Positions 1 to 5,091 of a stretch of DNA of 7,384 nt are shown in pieces. The notes beneath the pieces were generated by a model that ran no database searches, was not told the origin of the DNA, and saw only the letters and a list, made by a program, of their open reading frames with translations. Made by a program: the position numbers and the translations under genes. Numbering within the stretch: the stretch's first letter is position 1; the number at the start of each line of letters is the position of its first letter. This DNA is from a virus (Duplodnaviria; Heunggongvirae; Uroviricota; Caudoviricetes): the IMG/VR virus record IMGVR_UViG_2606217102_000023, positions 1 to 7,384 of that record; one strand, given 5' to 3'.

Positions 1-180
1 CGCTTATGGGAGCAAATCCCCGCCTCATTAGAGGTCAACGTAGCTTAGAAACCATCAAATTCATCATGCATTTTTTTCATATCAACCCCCTCATAGAAAT
101 CATAACCACGTTTTGTGGTTTTTGTGATGCATAAACTACATCAAAGGCAAGCTACGGTCAAATATATGGGCATGCTTACC

Positions 181-207
181 TGCACAAAAGTGCACAAATT
201 TGCACAA
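181..207. repeat. Three TGCACAA direct repeats phased at exactly 10 bp (181-187, 191-197, 201-207); a fourth copy lies at 273-279
   Basis: Read directly from the sequence: tgcacaaaag tgcacaaatt tgcacaa. Helical-turn phasing suggests a protein-binding array; function unknown. Confidence 0.5.
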
Positions 208-529
208 TTTTTTTGAACGACTTTTTACCCTTCCGGCCCGCGTGGCAGCTGGATCCGTCAGGGATCCGTGCATGCACAAAAAAACGCGTTTTTGTTGCGC
301 GCAGGTGCCGGGGGAACAGCCCGCAATTTGGGGTCTGAAAGCATCCTCAGAAATCGCCAGAAATGCTGCTGATTGTGCCCCTGACGCGATGTTTTATTGG
401 TTGTGTGGTGAAGTATGGGCTGATGCATCACATGCCTGTGATGCACTTTGATGCGACGTGTGCTGACAGGTTATTCAACCTGGTAGATCCCTGAGATGCC
501 TGGTGCGTGACACACCGGAGCTGGTGAGT

Positions 530-553
530 CGGGGCATAAATTTTTATGCCCCG
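530..553. other. Palindromic hairpin (11-bp arms cggggcataaa / tttatgccccg) 27 bp beyond the portal stop, no T-tract on either strand
   Basis: Near-perfect inverted repeat read directly. It is not followed by a U-run in either orientation, so it is not a canonical intrinsic terminator. Confidence 0.4.
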
Positions 554-579
554 GAGAAGCAGCAGACAAGCGGAGCGCG

Positions 580-1629
580 TCAGGATATGGGCGGGGTATC
601 CAGCAGTGCGTAAGGGTTAAAACGGATCACCTCTTCGCCCAGCCAGTCATTAACGTGCTTCATCGCCTCCATCACCGGCATCAGTTCGTTGATCGCAAAC
701 ACTCTGGCCGCCTTCTCCACATCACCAAAAGAACCCTGCCCGCTGGGCATTGCGCCCATCAGTTGTGGTGGTACACGGTGAGCGGCCAGCACATCATCAC
801 GGGAGGCCGCCTTGACGTTCATGAACTCATCCCGGGCGGTGATCTGCTGGAATGGCAGGATTTGCACACCGTCCTTCCCGCCGTTCGGTGCCTGGAGTAG
901 CAGGTTCTTGAATGCCCCACCGCCTCTTGCGCCCTGCAACGCTCTTTCGAGAGCCTGCATACTTTCGCGATCAACCTGTGCTGCCCCCACGTAAATGATG
1001 CAGCCTGCATGTGAACCGTTGTCATAGTAGAGTTTGCGGAAGCGATCTGCCGAGTGCGACAGACTGGCAGACAACAGGCCACCGAGATATTCCGGCATTC
1101 CGTACATCTCCTGGTTGATGTCGGGGTTCAGCACATGGCAGACGCGCCCCTGACGGAACTCGTGGTCCTGCTCCCCCGTCTGCACAAACCAGTACACATC
1201 CGGCTCAACACCACGACGGACGTATTTTGCCAGCGCGTGCCGTAGTTCCAGTTTTCCGCCCAGCCTGTTGGTGCGCAGTTCAAGAAACGCATTCCCGAAG
1301 ACAAACCAGTCCAGCGCAAAGGCGGAGAACGCCTGCCGGGAGAGCAGCCGGTGCGGAATGAAGCAGCCCAGTATGGCATTCCGCTTGAAGTACAGCGCCG
1401 ACTGGTGCCACGAGGTCTGCCGGGATGCCCGCGCCAGTCCGTACCAGTCAACGGGCGTTTCGTAGTATCTGCCGTTACTCAGGCAGTATGCGTTATCCAG
1501 CAGGTCGAGTGCGTGCGCATCGTAAGGGCCGTCGAACGAGAAGGCGCTTAACGACGGCTGGCGGCGCAGTGCCTCTGCCAGCGCCACGCCGTCATCGCGG
1601 CGCGAATATTTTCGTTTTTGTTTTTTCAT
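580..1629 (-). CDS. Phage portal protein (P2 gpQ / PBSX-type, 349 aa)
   Basis: Intact 349-aa ORF, a length typical of P2/PBSX-family portals (P2 gpQ is about 344 aa from memory). Its ATG overlaps the stop of the upstream terminase fragment (TGATG on the minus strand), matching the P-then-Q order of the P2 packaging operon. Family call is from recollection, not a search. Confidence 0.75.
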   Translation of the reverse strand: MKKQKRKYSRRDDGVALAEALRRQPSLSAFSFDGPYDAHALDLLDNAYCLSNGRYYETPVDWYGLARASRQTSWHQSALYFKRNAILGCFIPHRLLSRQAFSAFALDWFVFGNAFLELRTNRLGGKLELRHALAKYVRRGVEPDVYWFVQTGEQDHEFRQGRVCHVLNPDINQEMYGMPEYLGGLLSASLSHSADRFRKLYYDNGSHAGCIIYVGAAQVDRESMQALERALQGARGGGAFKNLLLQAPNGGKDGVQILPFQQITARDEFMNVKAASRDDVLAAHRVPPQLMGAMPSGQGSFGDVEKAARVFAINELMPVMEAMKHVNDWLGEEVIRFNPYALLDTPPIS

Positions 1630-2195
1630 CAGAACTCAATCACCCGCATTCCTGTTGCACCGTCCTCATCGCCCAGCGGCTCGTTAATGACGGCAAGCAT
1701 GGTTGCCCACGCGAGGTCGCCGTGGTTTACGCCGCGTGTGCGGTCTGTTTCATACGTTATTGCCCCGCCCGCCGTTTTTGCCTTGCGCACAGCGTTGAAT
1801 GCCCTGACCAGCTCACGTTCGCCCCGGTCATACTCCCAGCGCCCCGCACGAATAATCTGCAGCATCTTCAGCACAAGCGCGCGTTTGGATGCCAGCGTGA
1901 ACGTGTACGGCACGGCGGCAGGCCAGAACCGCCGCACTATCTGGTACACTGCCTCACCGTTACCGCCGGTCACGTCGATACCAATGTGCTGGACGTTGTA
2001 TTTGTGCGTGAACTGCTCAATCACACGGGCCTGCTCTTCAAATTCCAGCCCCTGCACCTGCAACGTCTCCACCGTGCGGAATTTGCCGCCCCTGACGGCA
2101 GGCGGTACAACAACAGACAGCGCCCCGCTGACGTAGCAGGAAACAGGGGGATTTGCCCCTGTTTTTTTGTTCAGAATGCAGCCTTCACCATTCAT
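1629..2195 (-). pseudogene. Terminase large subunit (P2 gpP-like), 3' fragment covering only the C-terminal nuclease domain; 5' two-thirds absent
   Basis: The translated ORF carries a GIDVTGGNGEA motif and an HGDLAW motif consistent with a terminase nuclease domain, and sits directly upstream of the portal with stop/start overlap. About 170 homologous codons remain where roughly 590 are expected. The first codons of the ORF (about 2140-2195) run through a hairpin/T-tract and gpU-derived DNA, so they are a spurious extension. Confidence 0.65.
2144..2168 (+). terminator. Hairpin (cagggg / cccctg, 6-nt loop) plus T7 run; part of repeat copy A
   Basis: Stem, loop and T-run read directly. The same hairpin-T7-ttcagaatgcagcc arrangement recurs at 2921-2965. 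Confidence 0.4.
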
Positions 2196-2300
2196 CTCTA
2201 ATCGTATTCAGTAATTCGCCCGCAGAAACAAACTAAAATTCATCCCCCGCATCACGCCACTGAAAGCAGACGGTAAACTCCAGATTTTCAAACCAGCGTC
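2175..2300 (-). pseudogene. Decayed second copy of the gpU-like gene 3' end (copy A of a diverged direct repeat)
   Basis: Nucleotide alignment to 2953-3080 by eye (shared ttcagaatgcagcc, agttcgcccgcagaa, catcac.ccgctgaaagc). In the gpU frame it reads FENLEFTVCFQWRDAGDEF*...SAGELLNTIRDEW*, against KKIEFSISFQRCDEDMRERFQSASAGELLNALKDKMPVAAF* in the intact gene. Two in-frame stops. Confidence 0.55.
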
Positions 2301-2534
2301 AGAAGTATTTAAATGGCACCAGATGTAATATGCAGGCGATTAATATGGTGTGCTTAAAGATCATAAAAGCGGGCAACATTAAAACTCCGGGCTGTGTAAA
2401 TTACCGCCACTCATAATCAGAGATGAAAACAGAATTAAACTGGCGGAGTGGATTGTATACATAAAATAAGTTCAGTTGTTGACTTTCACTTCCGTGAATT
2501 GATGAAGGTTATTACAATACATCGGTATGATCTC

Positions 2535-2559
2535 TCCTCCTTAAAAGGGAGGACTTTTC
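2535..2559 (+). terminator. Weak hairpin (tcctcc / ggagga) followed by cttttc
   Basis: 6-bp stem with 7-nt loop read directly. The T-tract is short and interrupted, so this is the weakest of the four. Confidence 0.3.
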
Positions 2560-2615
2560 AGAACGCAGAAATTATTTATAATCCCGTAGTGTTCTATACA
2601 TGCAAACATTCTTTT

Positions 2616-2639
2616 CCCGCCCCGTGCGGGCTTTTTTTT
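2616..2639 (+). terminator. Rho-independent terminator (cccgc / gcggg stem, T8 run)
   Basis: GC stem with 5-nt loop immediately followed by eight T, read directly. Confidence 0.6.
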
Positions 2640-2705
2640 GCCGCAAAGATACAGTAACAAACAAAATTGTAATCATGGCAATCAAAACACGAGAAACATT
2701 TTCAG

Positions 2706-2738
2706 CAATTGCAATAACAAATTAAAATATTGCAATTG
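2706..2738. promoter_or_regulatory. Inverted repeat CAATTGCAAT-N13-ATTGCAATTG (operator-like), right arm overlapping the -35 of the adjacent promoter
   Basis: Perfect 10-bp arms read directly, each containing the palindromic core ATTGCAAT, with arm centres about two helical turns apart. Confidence 0.45.
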
Positions 2739-2759
2739 ACAATCCCCGCTTAATATAAT
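2730..2759 (+). promoter_or_regulatory. Sigma70-like promoter: -35 ttgcaa (2730-2735), 18-bp spacer, consensus -10 tataat (2754-2759)
   Basis: Hexamers and spacing read directly. A perfect ttgaca also sits at 2736-2741 but only 12 bp from the -10, so it is not the functional -35. Confidence 0.4.
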
Positions 2760-2766
2760 CCCTTCC

Positions 2767-2827
2767 GGAACATAGAACATTAAATCTTCACACAATGCAT
2801 GTTGCCCTCTTTATGAGGGCTTTTTTT
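2767..2827 (+). ncRNA. Candidate small RNA of about 60 nt, from the predicted start after the promoter to the terminator T-run
   Basis: Promoter at 2730-2759 and intrinsic terminator at 2804-2827 bracket a short unit with no ribosome-binding site and no credible ORF. Purely structural inference, not homology to any known sRNA. Confidence 0.25.
2804..2827 (+). terminator. Rho-independent terminator (gccctc / gagggc stem, tttat loop, T7 run)
   Basis: Perfect 6-bp GC-rich stem, 5-nt loop and seven T, read directly. Confidence 0.6.
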
Positions 2828-2862
2828 ATTTCCAGAATATCACCATTGCCATCATCGGGCGA

Positions 2863-2890
2863 TTTATATATAGTCAGAATGTATTGACAA
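2863..2890 (-). promoter_or_regulatory. Minus-strand sigma70-like promoter: -35 ttgtca (plus 2885-2890), 16-bp spacer, -10 tataaa (plus 2863-2868)
   Basis: Hexamers read from the reverse complement. It would drive leftward transcription antisense to the candidate sRNA. Confidence 0.3.
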
Positions 2891-2920
2891 CATTTTGCTT
2901 CTTTTCCATGAAGGCCATAA

Positions 2921-2950
2921 GGGAGTGCTTTTTACACTCCCTCTTTTTTT
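2921..2950 (+). terminator. Hairpin (gggagtg / cactccc, 7-nt loop) plus T7 run, abutting the gpU-like stop; part of repeat copy B
   Basis: Perfect 7-bp stem and T-run read directly. Oriented to stop plus-strand transcripts before they run antisense into the gpU-like gene. Confidence 0.55.
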
Positions 2951-2952
2951 AT

Positions 2953-3411
2953 TCAGAATGCAGCCACAGGCATTTTGTCTTTAAGCGCGTTCAGCAGTTC
3001 GCCCGCAGAAGCAGACTGAAACCGCTCTCTCATATCCTCATCACACCGCTGAAAGCTGATGGAAAACTCAATCTTTTTTGCCTTTCCGTAACGATCCAGC
3101 TCGGAGCGGGTGGTCTGTAATCCTGTAATCACGTACATTCCGTAAATCTGCCCCGTGCCATCAATCAGCGGCCAGGGACATCCGGTGTAGGCCTGGGTGT
3201 TCAGCAGTGTCAGTGACACCTCACCACCGGTAATTTCCGGGTACAACAGACCGGACAGCGTGATCTGATCGTCACCTGCGCCAATATACTGCCAGGCCGC
3301 AGAGCGGTTAATGCGCTCATTTTTCACATGTCGCCATGTTTTGCTCTGCTGGATCTGCTGATGCGGAAGCGTTTTCAGCTCAAACACAAACATGCCAAAA
3401 ATCATCATCAT
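2953..3411 (-). CDS. Phage tail protein, P2 gpU-like (152 aa)
   Basis: The N-terminus MMMIFGMFVFELKT and the internal motifs ITLSGLLYPEITGG and WPLIDGTGQIYGMYVITG fit the P2 GpU tail-protein family as I recall it. Strong ribosome-binding site on the minus strand (AGGAG, 8 nt before ATG). No tape-measure gene upstream and no gpD downstream, so it is an orphan in a degraded tail module. Confidence 0.6.
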   Translation of the reverse strand: MMMIFGMFVFELKTLPHQQIQQSKTWRHVKNERINRSAAWQYIGAGDDQITLSGLLYPEITGGEVSLTLLNTQAYTGCPWPLIDGTGQIYGMYVITGLQTTRSELDRYGKAKKIEFSISFQRCDEDMRERFQSASAGELLNALKDKMPVAAF

Positions 3412-3616
3412 AATTGCGTCTCCTTTAGTCCCTGTCGCGGAAGCTGTTCATGCCTGTACGCGCCTGTCTGCGCATCTCTTCGCGGACGGCCTCACCAACC
3501 AGTTTTGCCAGTTCGCGCGGATTCTGTGTGTTGACGTTGTGCAGATGTACATGTATCTCACCGGAAAACGCAGCAGCCTGTGGTTGTGGCGTAGCTTCCC
3601 TTCTGGCCGCTTCGTC

Positions 3617-3874
3617 GTGTCTTTTCCGTGTCCTTTTTGTGGTGCGAGCACACGCACCCGCACCAGTCGCGCAGCGAACGATACCGGAACTGTCCGCTGG
3701 AAACTCTGCCAGTGCAACAACCCGGAATGCAGTCTCTCCTTCTCGACGCTGGAGAGTTTCGACAAAATCACTGTTAAACGTTATGGCTGCACTTCACAGG
3801 ATATTCCGTGGCAAAGCCTGCCTGCGTCTCACCGGGGTGATACGCAGTTGTCACTGCCGTTTCCGGTAATGTGA
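3617..3874 (+). CDS. Ogr/Delta-family zinc-finger transcriptional activator (about 85 aa from GTG 3617; in-frame ATG starts at 3545 and 3551 are alternatives)
   Basis: Translation MSFPCPFCGASTRTRTSRAANDTGTVRWKLCQCNNPECSLSFSTLESFDKITVKRYG aligns by eye with P2 Ogr (MFHCPLCQHAAHARTSRYITDTTKERYHQCQNVNCSATFITYES, from memory): CPxC, RTSR and the C..CS.xF.xES finger are shared. The gene is buried in the C-terminal half of the 160-aa ORF 3392..3874. Start codon uncertain, with no clear ribosome-binding site. Confidence 0.65.
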   Translation: MSFPCPFCGASTRTRTSRAANDTGTVRWKLCQCNNPECSLSFSTLESFDKITVKRYGCTSQDIPWQSLPASHRGDTQLSLPFPVM

Positions 3875-3930
3875 GCACATGCCTGTTTTTGTTTTTGTTT
3901 CTGTATTATTTTGATTCTGGAGTTTTATTT

Positions 3931-4695
3931 TTGACCGGATTTCAACAACGCATCGTGACCGAAAACCCCCGCCTGTACTGTGGCGACGCACTGGCAGTAT
4001 TACCGCATATTGAGCCGGACAGTGTGGACGCACTCATCACCGACCCGCCCTACAGTTCCGGCGCGACACACAAAGCCGGACGCAGCCTTCAGGGCAGCCA
4101 CGCAAAATATCTGAACAGTGAGAGCCTTCACCGCTTTGAGGGCTTCGCAGGTGAAAACATGGATGCCCGTTCATGGGCATACTGGATGCAGTTGTGGATG
4201 ATGCAGGCGTACCGCGCCGTCAGGCCGGGAGGGTATGCTCTGGTCTTTTCCGACTGGCGACAATTACCCGCCCTGACCGATGCTTTTCAGGCAAGTGGCT
4301 TTACATGGCGCGGCATTGTTGTCTGAAACAAAGGAAGAGCGGCGCGAACGCCTCATGTGGGGTATTTCCGGCATCAGTGCGAATTTATGGTATGGGGCAG
4401 CAAAGGCCATCTGGATAAATCCCCGAACGGCCCGTTTGACGGCTGTATGTCGTTTCCGGTCAGGCCGCAAAAGAAACTGCATCCGACCGGAAAACCGGAA
4501 GCGCTGATGGCAGAGTTGATCAGGACAGCAGGCGACGGCGGCACAGTCCTTGACCCGTTCATGGGATCGGGAACCACAGGCGTTGCCGCACTGAAAGCGG
4601 GCTGCAAATTCATCGGCATCGAGACAAGCCCGCACTACTTCAGTGTGACTGTTGAGCGACTGCGGCAGGCGCAGTTGATCCCCGCAGCAGCATAA
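3931..4695 (+). pseudogene. Beta-class DNA methyltransferase (N6-adenine / N4-cytosine type), interrupted by one in-frame TGA at 4324-4326
   Basis: Motif IV DPPY (ITDPPYSS) lies N-terminal and motif I FMGSGTT C-terminal, the beta-class order. ORFs 3871..4326 and 4357..4695 are in the same frame, separated only by TGA at 4324-4326. That TGA falls where the family has a conserved Trp (IVV*NKG here; E. coli YhdJ has RIVWSYD from memory). Probable start is TTG 3931 with GGAG 8 nt upstream; the stretch 3871-3930 is T-rich low-complexity sequence and probably non-coding. Confidence 0.8.
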
Positions 4696-4735
4696 GAAAA
4701 AGCCCGCGCATAACAGTGCGGGCTTTATGTTTCTC
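4696..4735 (+). terminator. Rho-independent terminator after the methyltransferase gene
   Basis: Stem agcccgcgc / gtgcgggct (one G-U pair), 6-nt loop ataaca, followed by T-rich tttatgtttctc and preceded by an A-run, read directly. Confidence 0.6.
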
Positions 4736-4767
4736 GAATATTTGGACACTACGTGGACACTGGAAGA

Positions 4768-4798
4768 TATTGATTTAAAAATCCTTTTTAAATCAATA
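4768..4798. repeat. 31-bp AT-rich palindrome (14-bp arms tattgatttaaaaa / tttttaaatcaata, 3-bp spacer) just upstream of the copA promoter
   Basis: Perfect inverted repeat read directly. It is all A/T and so more likely a protein-binding site than a terminator. Two TGGACACT direct repeats lie just before it at 4743-4750 and 4754-4761. Confidence 0.45.
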
Positions 4799-4809
4799 AT
4801 ATTAATTTC

Positions 4810-4840
4810 TTGACCTTCCCCTTGCTGGAAGGTTTAACCT
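4810..4840 (+). promoter_or_regulatory. copA promoter with CueR operator: -35 ttgacc, 19-bp spacer containing the dyad accttcc-N7-ggaaggt, -10 taacct
   Basis: Matches the published MerR-type architecture of PcopA (19-bp spacer with CueR dyad), read directly. Ribosome-binding site aaggag at 4868-4873, 6 nt before the ATG. Confidence 0.85.
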
Positions 4841-4879
4841 TTATCACAGCCAGTCAAAACTGTCTTAAAGGAGTGTTTT

Positions 4880-5091
4880 ATGTCACAAACTATCGACCTG
4901 ACCCTGGACGGCCTGTCCTGCGGTCACTGCGTTAAACGCGTGAAAGAAAGTCTTGAACAGCGTCCGGATGTTGAGCAGGCGGATGTGTCTATCACTGAAG
5001 CGCACGTTACCGGGACTGCCAGTGCAGAACAGCTGATCGAAACCATCAAACAAGCGGGTTATGACGCATCTGTAAGCCACCCAAAGGCTAA
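4880..5091 (+). CDS. copA: CopA(Z), a 70-aa copper chaperone made by programmed -1 ribosomal frameshifting inside copA
   Basis: Slippery heptamer C CCA AAG at 5080-5086 (codons 67-69, H-P-K). After a -1 slip the next codons are GGC then TAA (5089-5091), giving 69 aa + Gly. This matches the frameshift product described for E. coli copA (Meydan et al. 2017, from memory). Confidence 0.7.

Noticed and set aside
200-451. 83-aa plus-strand ORF and overlapping 62-aa minus-strand ORF in the repeat-rich region
   Set aside because: Both run through palindromes and tandem repeats, have no ribosome-binding site, and no recognisable domain. The region looks non-coding.
1425-2201. Plus-strand ORFs of 258 aa and 172 aa (1425..2201, 1618..2136) and several shorter ones between 655 and 1551
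   Set aside because: They lie antisense to the portal and terminase coding sequence, have Arg/Pro/Cys-rich compositions with no recognisable motifs, and no ribosome-binding sites. Shadow ORFs of GC-rich coding DNA.
2379-2676. Small ORFs in the AT-rich spacer: plus 2331.. (28 aa), plus 2448..2657 (69 aa), minus 2462..2379 (27 aa), minus 2676..2572 (34 aa)
   Set aside because: No ribosome-binding sites, several read straight through terminator hairpins, and their F/L/I/K/N-rich composition is what AT-rich non-coding DNA gives by chance. Only the 32-codon minus-strand ORF at 2682-2780 is kept as a speculative finding, because of its promoter context.
2201-2950. tRNA gene, CRISPR array, or REP/ERIC-type repeat in the AT-rich region
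   Set aside because: No cloverleaf-compatible sequence or T-loop motif, no regularly spaced repeat-spacer structure, and no match to the REP or ERIC consensus as I remember them.
3392-3616. N-terminal 75 codons of the 160-aa ORF 3392..3874
   Set aside because: Only the C-terminal part matches the Ogr/Delta zinc-finger family, whose members start immediately before the first CxxC. The N-terminal stretch lies in the divergent intergenic region and starts inside the gpU-like gene's start-codon region.
3448-3771. 107-aa minus-strand ORF that could have been a tape-measure gene remnant upstream of the gpU-like gene
   Set aside because: It is antisense to the Ogr-like zinc-finger coding sequence and shows no coiled-coil or tape-measure character.
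3884-3907. Short TGTTTT-like hexamer repeats between the Ogr-like stop and the methyltransferase start, as a possible phase-variation tract
   Set aside because: Only two to three imperfect copies; too short to act as a slipped-strand mispairing switch.
4324-4326. In-frame TGA in the methyltransferase as a selenocysteine codon
   Set aside because: The only downstream structure is a 4-bp hairpin (4339-4352), far too small for a bacterial SECIS element; the conserved residue is Trp, not Cys/Sec; and this family is not known to include selenoproteins.
4264-4749. 161-aa minus-strand ORF and other ORFs (4173..4418, 4280..4507, 4374..4619) across the methyltransferase region
   Set aside because: They are antisense or out-of-frame overlaps of the methyltransferase coding sequence, which is supported by conserved motifs in one continuous frame.
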